Origin: Planctomycetota bacterium
GTDB lineage: Bacteria; Planctomycetota; UBA11346
Assembly: GCA_038231435.1 (NCBI GenBank)
Contig: JBBRLJ010000019.1
Location: 37,496 to 101,495 of the forward strand
DNA length: 64,000 nt
Direction of reading: 5' to 3'
The first letter of the stretch is position 1. The number at the start of each line of letters is the position of its first letter. Positions 9,745 through 23,223 of the stretch are shown here, in pieces. The position numbers and the translations under genes are program-made. Below the pieces are notes generated by a model. That model was not told the origin of the DNA, did no database searches, and saw only the letters and a list, made by a program, of their open reading frames with translations.

Positions 9745-10490
9745 GCCTCCATGCCATCGAAGCTCATGCCTTCGGATCGCCAGCTCGCCCACGCGCGGGC
9801 TTCACGCTCGTCGAACTGCTGGTGGTGATCTCGATCCTCGGGGTGCTGACCGCACTGCTGCTTCCAGCCGTGAGCATGGTCCGCGAGGGAGCCCACCAAG
9901 TGCATTGCGGCAGCAATCAGCGCCAGTGCATGATGGCGATCATCGCCTATGCGGACGAGAACAGCGGCAAGTGCCCGCCGGCAGAGCTCTCGGTGATCAG
10001 CCCGCCGCCTTACCCGGCGAACTACCGCCATTGGTGGCACGCGGTGGTGATCGGCGGCTACCTCACGGGGGTAAGGGTGACTGGCACGGTAGGCTACGAC
10101 GGCAACGCCACCTTCAACGTCACCACGCACTGGCCGAACCTCATCAGCTGCCCGAAGATCCATCCGGTCGGCGACGACAACCTCAGCGACCAGTCGTTCG
10201 GCGTCGCGCGCGACATCGTCCCGGGCATGACGCTCGCGGGATTCGTCAACATGAACCGCCTGACCGCGAGCATCCCCTACCTCGCCGATACCCTCTGTCC
10301 GGCGCGCCCTGGCCACACCGCTCCCTACTGGTTCTCGAAGAACACCGGAAACTACGACTGGGGTTCGATCGCGCTGGTTCACCGCGGCAAGGCCAATGTC
10401 ACCTACGGCGATTGCCACGTGTCGATCACCGCCAAGCAGAAATTCACCTCCGAGCTGAACGTCGATCCGGAATGCCTGGCGGTCCCCTGA
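9741..10490 (+). CDS. Prepilin-type N-terminal cleavage/methylation protein (DUF1559-like, H-x9-DG-type C-terminus)
   Basis: GFTLVELLVVISILGVLTALLLPAV...CGSNQRQ; C-terminal HRGKANVTYGDCHV; ATGA overlap with the LacI stop. Confidence 0.9.
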   Translation: MSLHAIEAHAFGSPARPRAGFTLVELLVVISILGVLTALLLPAVSMVREGAHQVHCGSNQRQCMMAIIAYADENSGKCPPAELSVISPPPYPANYRHWWHAVVIGGYLTGVRVTGTVGYDGNATFNVTTHWPNLISCPKIHPVGDDNLSDQSFGVARDIVPGMTLAGFVNMNRLTASIPYLADTLCPARPGHTAPYWFSKNTGNYDWGSIALVHRGKANVTYGDCHVSITAKQKFTSELNVDPECLAVP

Positions 10491-10536
10491 GCTACCCGCG
10501 CCACTCGCTCCACCTCTCTCAGACATCGGAGCATCC

Positions 10537-11058
10537 ATGCCGACAGCCCGCGCCACCGCATCGCAAGACGGCCCGTCGCCATTCATGGCGACGCTCCACG
10601 AACGCCGCTACCTGATCCTCGGCGTCCTGGTGGCGGCCATCTCGCTGGTCGGGTGGTTCCTGGACGACCTCCGCGGAATGTTGCCGCGCAAGAAGTTCAA
10701 CGTCGCGGCGATCCAGGGGACCTGGCGCCTCGACGAGACCGAGTTCGCCAAGAAACTGAAAGCGATTCCCGAATCCAGCATCGAAACCAAGAAGTACCAC
10801 CAGAAGATCGCAGACCTCGGCGAGCAGTACAAGACCTGGTCGTATTCCTTCACCGCGGACTCGTACGCGATCAAGAAGGGATCCGCCAGCGAGGAGATCC
10901 CGTGCGCCTATGAAGGTGGACCGGCCAATGCCGTGGTCGTGCATGGCGATGGCTCGAAGAACGGTCCGGTGATGATGTCGTTGATCATGGACAAGGACGC
11001 CAGCCGCATGCGCCTGTGCCTGCCCGATCTGGTCCTGCCACTCAAACGCTCGGACTGA
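10537..11058 (+). CDS. Hypothetical membrane-anchored protein
   Basis: GGAG RBS; one hydrophobic segment followed by a 'QGTWRLD' lipocalin-like start. Confidence 0.7.
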   Translation: MPTARATASQDGPSPFMATLHERRYLILGVLVAAISLVGWFLDDLRGMLPRKKFNVAAIQGTWRLDETEFAKKLKAIPESSIETKKYHQKIADLGEQYKTWSYSFTADSYAIKKGSASEEIPCAYEGGPANAVVVHGDGSKNGPVMMSLIMDKDASRMRLCLPDLVLPLKRSD

Positions 11059-11138
11059 CACCAGCCCTCGAGAGCTGCGATGTCGCGGCGCCACCCCTCA
11101 CCCAGGGCGAAAGCACCGCGCAGGCGAAGAACTGCCCA

Positions 11139-11855
11139 TTACTTGTTCGGTGGCGCCTGGTCGGCCGGCTTCACCTCGTCGGGGAAGGCCGCGCGCACGC
11201 GCGCGATCTTCGGCAGCGACCAGGCACGCACGTAGGCCTGATCCGGATGCAGGGTCACGTAGTGCTGGTGGTAGTCCTCGGCCGGAAAAAACCCGAGCGG
11301 CATGCTTTCGACAGTGGCGGCGATCGGCGCGGCGAAGGCCTTCGCCTCGTCGAGTTGGCGGATGTAGGCCTCGGCCACGCGCTTCTGCTCGTCGTCGGCG
11401 GTGAACACCGCCATGCGGTACTGGTGCCCGAAATCCGGCTTCTGCCCATCCTTGGTGGTCGGATCGCCGGCGGTGAAGAGCACGCGCAGCAGCTCGCCAT
11501 AGGTGATCTGCGCCGCATCGTAAGTGATCTTGATCGCCTCGGCGTGGTTGGTTTCGTGGTAGCTCTCGTAGGTCGCGGTCGCGGCGGTGCCGCCGGCATA
11601 TCCGGACACCACCGAGGTCACGCCCTTCAGCTGCTCGAAGGCGGCCTCCTCGCACCAGAAGCAGCCGCCCGCGAGCACCGCGGTGCGGGCCTCCCCCGGC
11701 CTGCCGAGCGGCAGATCCACCGCGGGCTTCGGCAGAGCAGCCACGGGTTTGGCGGCAGCCGCCTCGGATGCCGGCGACGAACCGGCACACGAGCACAGCA
11801 GCAGGGCCATGCCGGCGGCGAGCAGCGGAACCAGGCTGAAGGCGGGGAAGTGCAT
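11139..11855 (-). CDS. msrA: Peptide-methionine (S)-S-oxide reductase, exported
   Basis: AGGCFWC, SGYAGG, FFPAEDYHQHY; N-terminal signal/lipoprotein peptide. Confidence 0.95.
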   Translation of the reverse strand: MHFPAFSLVPLLAAGMALLLCSCAGSSPASEAAAAKPVAALPKPAVDLPLGRPGEARTAVLAGGCFWCEEAAFEQLKGVTSVVSGYAGGTAATATYESYHETNHAEAIKITYDAAQITYGELLRVLFTAGDPTTKDGQKPDFGHQYRMAVFTADDEQKRVAEAYIRQLDEAKAFAAPIAATVESMPLGFFPAEDYHQHYVTLHPDQAYVRAWSLPKIARVRAAFPDEVKPADQAPPNK

Positions 11856-11866
11856 GAGAATCTCTC

Positions 11867-11910
11867 TGACGGTGGAATATATCTGACGGTGACGGACTGG
11901 TGACGGTGGA
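11867..11910. repeat. Three TGACGGTG direct repeats at a 17-bp period upstream of msrA
   Basis: Copies start at 11867, 11884 and 11901. Confidence 0.7.
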
Positions 11911-12081
11911 TGTGGGAGGTAGCAGGCGGATGCGGAGCGGACACCAGGGATACGTGCACGGCGGCACGTTGGATGCCGATCCTAGCCGACCTCCATGCCT
12001 AGCCACCAGCGTTGGCTCCGAGCCGCACCGCCCGTCGTGCGGCCGCCTTGCCAGCAGGCCCCCAGCGATACCGTCGATCCC

Positions 12082-16119
<4,038 letters not shown>

Positions 16120-16213
16120 TGCTGGTACCATGGTCACCACGGTTGCATGGGCTCGCGGCGAGTCGCCAGGCGAGCGGCGGTCCTCGACCGCGCGGCTCGC
16201 TTACGCTGGACGT

Positions 16214-16465
16214 CTAGGTTGGATGCACGTCGGGATGGTTGGTCTTCACGCCGCGGATGTTGAGCGCCGCGAGGAAGACCTGCAGCACGATCAGTGCGTA
16301 CGCTCCTTCGTGCCAGCCCCATGCCGCCCACATCAAGTTGCTCACCAGGAAGCACCAGAAGCCCCAAGTGCGTCGGCGTTTCCCGTGCGAGCCCACCAAG
16401 TAGGCGGCTACCACGCTCACGACCATCGCCGGCCATTGCAGCGATGCGATCCAATCCTCGGTCAT
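16214..16465 (-). CDS. Small (83 aa) membrane protein with about three TM helices
   Basis: MTEDWIASLQWPAMVVSVVAAYLVGS...GFWCFLVSNLMWAAWGW; GGAG RBS. Confidence 0.8.
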   Translation of the reverse strand: MTEDWIASLQWPAMVVSVVAAYLVGSHGKRRRTWGFWCFLVSNLMWAAWGWHEGAYALIVLQVFLAALNIRGVKTNHPDVHPT

Positions 16466-16778
16466 CGCGGGTCTCCGAAAAGCACCGTAGCGATGCAGCC
16501 GTGGACAGTGGCCGCGGTTGACGGGATGTTGCACACCGCCAGAGTCCGCGCGCTCGATGAAGAATGCGCGCAGGCTCCGTGAATAGTGCCATAACATCAA
16601 TGCGTGGATAATCTTATACATCCCTCTCCCGCCCTGGCACGGTTTGGCGGTGTGGCAAATCCGCGTGGTCCCTCCACGCGTATATGTTGGACAAGGACGT
16701 GGAATTCCCCACAACCGTAGCCTCACATGTTGGTCCATTGACCACAAACCCCGGATTTTTCCGGCAAGGATTCACCTC

Positions 16779-17132
16779 ATGAAGATCACGAACCTCCTCC
16801 TCGTCGCCGCCGTCTCGGGCATCATGGCCGGCGCTTCCAGCGTCGCCTATGGCGAGGAAGGCTCCAAGCCGGCCGCCACGACCGCAGATGCGGCCGCCGC
16901 CGACAAGCATGGCTGCAAGGGCGCGAATGCCTGCAAGGGCAAGGGCGGCTGCAAGACCGACAAGAGCGATTGCGCCGGCAAGAACGATTGCAAGGGCAAG
17001 GGCGGCTGCGCCACTGCCAAGCACGACTGCAAGGCGAAGAACGATTGCAAGGGCCAGGGCAAGGGCGCCAAGAACGAGTGCAAGGCCAAGGGCGAATGCA
17101 AGACCGCCATGGCCACCGAGGTCAAGAAGTAG
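16779..17132 (+). CDS. Exported Cys/Lys-rich RiPP precursor, bufferin (BufA2-like)
   Basis: AAGGA RBS; Sec signal; repeated CKGxNxCKGxGGC units with 10 Cys; lies directly upstream of DUF692. Confidence 0.88.
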   Translation: MKITNLLLVAAVSGIMAGASSVAYGEEGSKPAATTADAAAADKHGCKGANACKGKGGCKTDKSDCAGKNDCKGKGGCATAKHDCKAKNDCKGQGKGAKNECKAKGECKTAMATEVKK

Positions 17133-17174
17133 TCGATTCATGGCGCATCGATCATGATGCGCCCATGATGCGAC

Positions 17175-17216
17175 AAGCGGCGGCTTCGGCATGAGCCGGA
17201 GCCGCCGCTTTTTTTT
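17175..17216 (+). terminator. Rho-independent terminator between the precursor and MNIO genes
   Basis: 16-bp stem AAGCGGCGGCTTCGGC/GCCGGAGCCGCCGCTT (one G-U pair), 4-nt loop, T8 tract. Confidence 0.9.
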
Positions 17217-17246
17217 CAGGCAATCATCGACCGTCCGGGAGTGGCT

Positions 17247-18116
17247 ATGGCTCGCGAGCCTACGAAATCATCCGCCCAACAGGCGACCAACCGCTTCGGA
17301 CTGCCCGACCTCGGCATCGGTGTAGGCCTGCGCTCCGCGCATTACGGCCACATCCTCGACGAGGAGCCCGACGTCGCGTGGTTCGAGATCATCAGCGAGA
17401 ACTACATGCAGACCGGCGGCCGACCGCTGCACGTGCTCGACCGGATCGCCGAACGCTATCCGATCGTCATGCATGGCGTGTCGCTGTCGATCGGCTCGAG
17501 CGACCCCGTCGACCGCGAGTACCTGGCGCAGTTGCGCGCCCTGCGCGATCGCGTCAAAGCCCCCTGGGTCTCCGACCATCTCTGCTGGACCGGCATCGCC
17601 GGCCGCAATTCCCACGATCTGCTGCCGATGCCCTACACCGAGGAGGCGCTCGCGCACACCGCCGCGAAGATCCGCCAGGTGCAGGACGCGCTCGGCGGCC
17701 CCTTGATGCTCGAGAATCCCTCGACCTACATCGAGTTCACCGGCTCGACGATGAGCGAGTGGCAGTTCCTCAGCGCGCTGTGCGCTGAATCCGGAGCCGG
17801 ATTGCTGCTCGACGTCAACAACGTCTACGTCAGCTCGCGCAATCACGGCTTCGACCCTAACTCCTATCTCGATGGCATTCCCTGGGATCGCGTCGTGCAG
17901 ATCCATGTCGCCGGCCACACCGACAACGGCACCCATTGCGTCGATACCCACATCGGGCCGGTGCCGCTCGCGGTGTGGGATGTACTGTCGGCCGCACGCA
18001 AGCGCTGCCGCGCGTCGATCCTGCTCGAATGGGACGCCGAGATCCCGTCATTCCCCGAGGTCCACGCCGAGGCGCTCAAGGCCGATGCTGCATTCTCAGA
18101 GGCGCCGCGCTCATGA
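17247..18116 (+). CDS. DUF692 multinuclear non-heme iron oxidase (MNIO, BufB-like)
   Basis: GVGLRSAHY, FEIISENY, MHGVSLSIG, SDHLCW, LENPS, LLDVNN, QIHVAGH, DTH, LLEWD. Confidence 0.95.
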   Translation: MAREPTKSSAQQATNRFGLPDLGIGVGLRSAHYGHILDEEPDVAWFEIISENYMQTGGRPLHVLDRIAERYPIVMHGVSLSIGSSDPVDREYLAQLRALRDRVKAPWVSDHLCWTGIAGRNSHDLLPMPYTEEALAHTAAKIRQVQDALGGPLMLENPSTYIEFTGSTMSEWQFLSALCAESGAGLLLDVNNVYVSSRNHGFDPNSYLDGIPWDRVVQIHVAGHTDNGTHCVDTHIGPVPLAVWDVLSAARKRCRASILLEWDAEIPSFPEVHAEALKADAAFSEAPRS

Positions 18117-19147
18117 GCAGAAAATCTACCGCCGCGCCCCAGATCCCTGCTGGCCCGGCGCCGCGTGATGGCGGACCGACCGAAGCCTTCGTATTCGAGC
18201 GCGCGAGCGCCAGTCCAGTGGAGCCTGCGCCGGTGCGGCGCCGCTCCGCGAAGCCGCATCCGCCACGGCGCGTGAAGCTCGGTGGGGAGCCGAAATCCAC
18301 ACCGCTGTCCCCTTCGCTCGGCATCGCTCAGCGCTGGTTCCTCGACGTGGTCTCGCATCCGCTGAGCGTCGAAGCCGCGGTCGGCGACGGCGCGATCATG
18401 TCGACGATCGGTGCCGCCTCGGCGGATGAGCTCGAACGCGTGGTCACCGCCGGGCCGCAGCTGTCGGCGCAGGAGCGCCTCGGCATCTACCATTACGCCT
18501 ACCGGGCACGCCTGGTCGATTGCCTGGCCGACGATTTTCCCGCCGTGCAATACGTCCTTGGCGATGATGCCTTCGCTGGCCTGTGCCGTTCGGTGATCGC
18601 ACGGCATCCATCCGACGGGCCGAACCTCAATGCCTATGGCCGCAGGCTCGCGCAGTACTGCGCCGAGCGCGCCAAGCCGAGCCCGCGCGAACGCTTCGTG
18701 CGCGAACTCGCCGAGCTCGAGTGGGCGATGGTCGAGGTCTTCCACGCGCACGCCGCGCCCACGTTCTCGCCCGAGGCCTTGCGCGCGATCCCCGCCGATC
18801 GCTGGGAGCACGTACGCCTGCGGCCGAGCCAGACGGTGCGCATCCTGGAGTTCACCCATCCGGTGAACCGCTTCTTCCAGGCCTGGCGAAGCGACCAGCA
18901 ACCGGCCATCCCCGCGGCGACGTGGTCGGCCACTGCCGTCTATCGCCAGGGCTTCACCATCTGGCGCATGGATCTCACCCGGCCGATGGCTGATCTGCTG
19001 AAACGGCTGTGGGCCGGCGAAGCCCTTGGAGCCGCCCTCGAAGCCATCGCCGCGCAGGTCGAGGATCAGCAGCAGCTCGCGCAGAGCGTGATGCGCTGGT
19101 TCAGCGAGTGGGTTGCTGGAGGGATGTTCGCTTCTCTCGACCAGTAG
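18113..19147 (+). CDS. DUF2063 MNIO partner protein (BufC/HvfC-like)
   Basis: RLGIYHYAYRARLVDCLADDFPAV, ELAELEWA; ATGA overlap with DUF692. Confidence 0.88.
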   Translation: MSRKSTAAPQIPAGPAPRDGGPTEAFVFERASASPVEPAPVRRRSAKPHPPRRVKLGGEPKSTPLSPSLGIAQRWFLDVVSHPLSVEAAVGDGAIMSTIGAASADELERVVTAGPQLSAQERLGIYHYAYRARLVDCLADDFPAVQYVLGDDAFAGLCRSVIARHPSDGPNLNAYGRRLAQYCAERAKPSPRERFVRELAELEWAMVEVFHAHAAPTFSPEALRAIPADRWEHVRLRPSQTVRILEFTHPVNRFFQAWRSDQQPAIPAATWSATAVYRQGFTIWRMDLTRPMADLLKRLWAGEALGAALEAIAAQVEDQQQLAQSVMRWFSEWVAGGMFASLDQ

Positions 19148-19198
19148 TCAGCGACCAGTAGTCGGCTATGAGCGAGCGGCCATCAGTGAGCGGAAAGC

Positions 19199-19675
19199 TC
19201 AGGCCCTGGTCGCGGCTGGCGCGCCGGCGACTGGGCGCAGGCGCATCAGCAAGCGGTCGAGCGAGATCGCGCCGCCGCCGTGGACGAGCAGCCACAGCAG
19301 CAGCGCGATGAAGAGGAATTCCTGCATCGCGTAGAGGTCGCTCGCCGAGGCGATGTCGGCGCGCTTGGCGGTGACGATGGCCACGGCCATGATCACCATC
19401 AAGGGGATCGACGAGATGCGCGTGAACAGACCCGCCAGCAGGGTCGCGCCGAACACCAGCTCCGACGTCGCCGCCAGCGGAGCTTGGACTTCGGGCATGG
19501 GGATGCCGAGCGAACGGAAGTACTCGACCACCTTGCCCAGACCGTGCAGCTTTCCCCAGCCCGACTCGATGAACACCCAGCCGATCGCCACCCGCGCGAC
19601 CAGCGGCGGCAGCCAGGCGATCCAACCCAGGAATCCAACGAGGCGGTCGTAGAGAGTGATCGTGCGTGCGTACAT
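19199..19675 (-). CDS. DoxX-family membrane protein (BufD-like)
   Basis: RVAIGWVFIESGWGKL, FRSLGIP, ELVFG..LLAGLFTR, GGGAISLD. Confidence 0.92.
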   Translation of the reverse strand: MYARTITLYDRLVGFLGWIAWLPPLVARVAIGWVFIESGWGKLHGLGKVVEYFRSLGIPMPEVQAPLAATSELVFGATLLAGLFTRISSIPLMVIMAVAIVTAKRADIASASDLYAMQEFLFIALLLWLLVHGGGAISLDRLLMRLRPVAGAPAATRA

Positions 19676-19844
19676 GCGAACTCCGGATGGCGGATGGCGG
19701 ATGCGGATGACTCGACGATCGTCTCGGTTCCAACCACGGGGTCCATAGCTTATCCACCGCTTCCTGCGCACGCAGCGGGCGCAAGAGCGATCGGCCATGG
19801 TCGGCACGGTTGGGGTATACTTCCCGGCGCTGTCGAGGAACCGG

Positions 19845-21666
19845 ATGCCACCGAACGTTGCGGAAACCATCAGGATGCCGGCGCCAGATCCGGCCGTAGC
19901 GCAGAAGCGATGGCGCGAGACCGTGTCGGCAGCCCACCCTCCGGGGCAGACCATCGTCGTCGGAGCACTGGGCGCTTGCGGTCAGTCGGACGAATCGCCG
20001 CTGAACCATGCGTCCGGAATCACGCTCGGACCCGAGTTGGGACGCGGCGGCTTCGGTGTCGTCAACGCCGCCACCCAGGAGGTCTTCGCCCGGCGCGTCG
20101 CGGTGAAGCGGCTGCTGAGCACCAACGCCGGAGACGAGGCCCGCAAGTTCTTCGCCGAGGCGATCGTCACCGCCAGCCTGCAGCATCCCAACGTCGTCCC
20201 GATCTACGACCTCACGCTCGACGGCGACGGTCGCCTGCAGTTGGTGATGAAGTGCGTCGAGGGCGTGGCATGGAGCGACCTGCTCGACCCGAAGCGGCCC
20301 GAGCATGCGAGCCGCGCGGCGCAGATGACGCGCGAGGACCATCTCGACATCCTGGTCAAGGTCTCCGACGCCGTGGCCTTCGCGCACGGGCGCGGCATCC
20401 TGCACCGCGACCTGAAACCCGAGAACGTCATGGTCGGCGCCTACGGCGAGGTGCAGGTGATGGACTGGGGTTGCGCGGTCGCATTCGGAGACGCGCCGAA
20501 CCACGTGGCCATCCCGCGCGTCGAGGCGATCTCCCAGATCGCGGGCACGCCGTCGTACATGGCCCCGGAGATGGCGATCGCCAATACCTCGGACGTCGGC
20601 CCGCATACCGATGTCTACCTGCTCGGGGGCATCCTCTACGAGATCCTCACCGGCTCGCGGCCGCATCTCGCCGGAGACGTGTATGGCGTGCTCGCCCGGG
20701 TGATCGAGGGTCGTGTCGAACCGCCGAACGAGCGCGCGCCGGATCGTGGCATCCCCGACGAGCTGGCGTGGATCGCGATGGCGGCGCTCACCAAGGACCC
20801 GCGCGAACGCACCCCGAGCGTCGACGCCTTCGCCCGACAGGTGAAGGAGTACCGCGCCCACTCGCAGGCGATGCTCCTGGCCACGATCGCCAAGGAGCAT
20901 CTCGATTCCGCCCGCAGCGATCCGGATGGCGCCGAACATCGCCGGCACCTCGGTTCGCGATCTCTCAGCCATCGCTGGGATGCCCTTGCGGACGCTGAAC
21001 GTGCTGGGCACGCGCATCACCGACTTTTCGCCGATCCGCGCCCTGCCGCTGACCCTGTTCTTCGCGAGCCACACTGCGTTCTCGGACACCCGGGTGCTCG
21101 CCGGCATGCCGCTGAAGACCCTGTGGCTCGACGCCACCGGCATCGGCTCCATCCGCGAGGTGCATGGCATGCCATTGAGTCAGCTGAGCATCGGCTTCAC
21201 GACGGTGGCCGATCTCGGCCCCCTTTCGGGCTGCACGACCCTGACCGACCTGACCATCCACGATACCCAGGTGGCCGACCTCAAGCCGCTGCGCGGGATG
21301 AAACTCGCCAAACTCGATGCCTCGGGAACGCGTATCTCAGACCTCGCTCCGCTCGCCGGCATGCCGTTGGCCAGTCTCGGCGTCGGCACGACGCGAGTGA
21401 AGGACCTGTCGGCGCTCGCCGGCATGCCGCTCAGGCAACTGTCCGTCGATCATTGCGAGGTGACCGACTACGGACCTCTCGCGGCGTTCCCGCTCGAAGT
21501 CGTGACCATCGGCCCGTTCAAGAACAAGTCCTACGCCGGAATCGACAAGCTGCGTCAGCATCCGACGCTCAAGACCATCGCGGTCTACTCCACGTCCAAG
21601 GAAGAATGGATGCCGATGACGCCGCACGATTTCTGGATGAAGTACGACGCGCACGCACTCGAGTGA
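19845..21666 (+). pseudogene. Hanks-type Ser/Thr kinase fused to leucine-rich repeats, frameshifted near 20930
   Basis: Kinase motifs LGRGGFG, VAVK, HRDLKPEN, DWG and GTPSYMAPE lie in one frame. About nine ~21-aa GMPL LRRs continue in the +1 frame (20926-21666), starting mid-repeat. Confidence 0.8.
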
Positions 21667-21694
21667 GGCGGGCGGCTCGCACAGCGCAGCGATG

Positions 21695-21731
21695 GCCCTC
21701 CCCCCTGCCCCGGTGCGGCAAGGGGGAGGGC
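21695..21731. repeat. Strong GC-rich hairpin downstream of the kinase-LRR gene (terminator or REP-like)
   Basis: GCCCTCCCCC...GGGGGAGGGC inverted repeat with no U-tract. Confidence 0.6.
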
Positions 21732-21949
21732 GCCGGCGTGGATGCATCGGGCTGCGGTGGGGACCTCCAGGACCTCCGATCCGTGCGGTTCCGGTGATTC
21801 TATCCAATAGGGACTGGTTGCCCATGGCTGCGTGATCGGGCACTGGATCGGCATCCTCTGGGCGCCCTTGCGCGAGAGCGCGTCAGCCGCCGGATGCTCG
21901 GCACGCAAATTCGTTGGCGTTCGCAGGGATTCCGCCGTATTATCGCCGC

Positions 21950-22243
21950 GTGACCTCATCGTCGAAGATCTACATCGCCGGCGAGCTCCACCTCGACAAC
22001 GGACAGCGCATTCCGGTCAAGCGCCACTACGACTACGAGTTCGGCTCTCCCGGCGGACGATCCTCGGGGCGGCTCGACGCGTTCACCGTGTTCGCCCCGT
22101 CCGACGCCGCGGTACCGGCGGTGGGGGATGTCGGCACGCTGCTGCTCTTGAAGACCTTGTCGCGTGCGCGCGTGCGCGTGGACAGCGTGGATAGACTGGG
22201 GACCGAACTGCGCATCGTCGGCCATCCCGAGCCGAAGCCCTGA
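21950..22243 (+). CDS. Hypothetical protein (97 aa), probably leaderless
   Basis: Protein-like beta-rich sequence; TATTAT lies 6 nt upstream of the GTG. Confidence 0.6.
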   Translation: MTSSSKIYIAGELHLDNGQRIPVKRHYDYEFGSPGGRSSGRLDAFTVFAPSDAAVPAVGDVGTLLLLKTLSRARVRVDSVDRLGTELRIVGHPEPKP

Positions 22244-22294
22244 AGCGGATCCTACCGCTCGGGCGGCGAGACGGCTGATGGCCGCCGCGACCAG

Positions 22295-23137
22295 TCACTG
22301 ATGCACGATGGTCAAGAGCGTCTCACCCGTAGACCCGAACGAGGCGTCGACCGGTCGGAGGGACAGGGTGACCGGTACGACGGCGGTGGCGCCGATGCGC
22401 AGGCAGACGTCCTCGCGGAAGGCCACGCCGCTGCTCGCCCATCTCAGTCGGATATCCCGCCAGCTATCGGGCTCGCTGCGTGGCTCCACCATGCGCAGCA
22501 CGCCGGCCGTGCTGTTCGGCGCGTTGCCTCCGAACAGCGCCGCGTAGGCCGGGTTGGCTTCGAGCAGTCCCCCGTCATTGGCGAAGATGCCGATCGCATG
22601 CGCGCTGCTGAGGCCGGCACGCTCCCATAGCCCGAGCCGAGCCCGCGAGCGGCGTTCCTCGGTGATATCCTCGACGAATCCTTCATACCACAGCACCGAG
22701 CCCGCGGCATCGCGGACCACGCGCGCCTTTTCGCGCACCCAGATGCGCGAGCGGTCCTTGCAACGCACCTCGGCCTCGAAGCCGGTGATGCTGTCCTGCT
22801 TGGTCAGCAGCCAGCGGAAGAGATTTCGTCGCTGTGGATCGACATAGAGCTGCTGGCCGATGTTGGTCATGCTGGCCATCAGCTCGTGCACCGAATCGTA
22901 TCCGTACATCATCGCGAGCGCGCGGTTGGCGATCAGGTAGGTGCCCTCGGCGCTGGTGCGAAAGATGCCTTCGATGGCGTTGTCGATCAGGCTGTGCAGG
23001 TCCGCTGTGTGCTCCCGTGGGGCGGTGCGCCCGGCGTATTTCGCCATCGCCGCCACATGATCATCGGCGCGGTCGGTGACGACGCTGGGCGGCCGGATAC
23101 GACGCTCTGAGGACGGGCTGGGGGCGGTGGTGGCCAT
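22295..23137 (-). CDS. PAS-domain protein (two PAS domains, no output domain)
   Basis: DNAIEGIFRTSAEGTYLIANRALAMMYGY...YEGFVEDITE; second PAS with EANPAY. Confidence 0.88.
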   Translation of the reverse strand: MATTAPSPSSERRIRPPSVVTDRADDHVAAMAKYAGRTAPREHTADLHSLIDNAIEGIFRTSAEGTYLIANRALAMMYGYDSVHELMASMTNIGQQLYVDPQRRNLFRWLLTKQDSITGFEAEVRCKDRSRIWVREKARVVRDAAGSVLWYEGFVEDITEERRSRARLGLWERAGLSSAHAIGIFANDGGLLEANPAYAALFGGNAPNSTAGVLRMVEPRSEPDSWRDIRLRWASSGVAFREDVCLRIGATAVVPVTLSLRPVDASFGSTGETLLTIVHQ

Positions 23138-23223
23138 GCGCGAATATACCCTGGATCCTATGCATAGCGGTTCAGCACCAGTGCTGCCACGCTAGACATT
23201 CGCCAGTGCAGACGCCGTGGATC

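Noticed and set aside
16635..16648. Sigma-54 promoter upstream of the RiPP precursor (TGGCACGGTTTGGC)
   Set aside because: The GG-to-GC spacing is 9 nt rather than the required 10.
20926..21797. Programmed frameshift or genuine 666-aa kinase
   Set aside because: No slippery heptamer or homopolymer at the junction, and the kinase-frame tail after about 20935 is just the off-frame reading of the LRRs.
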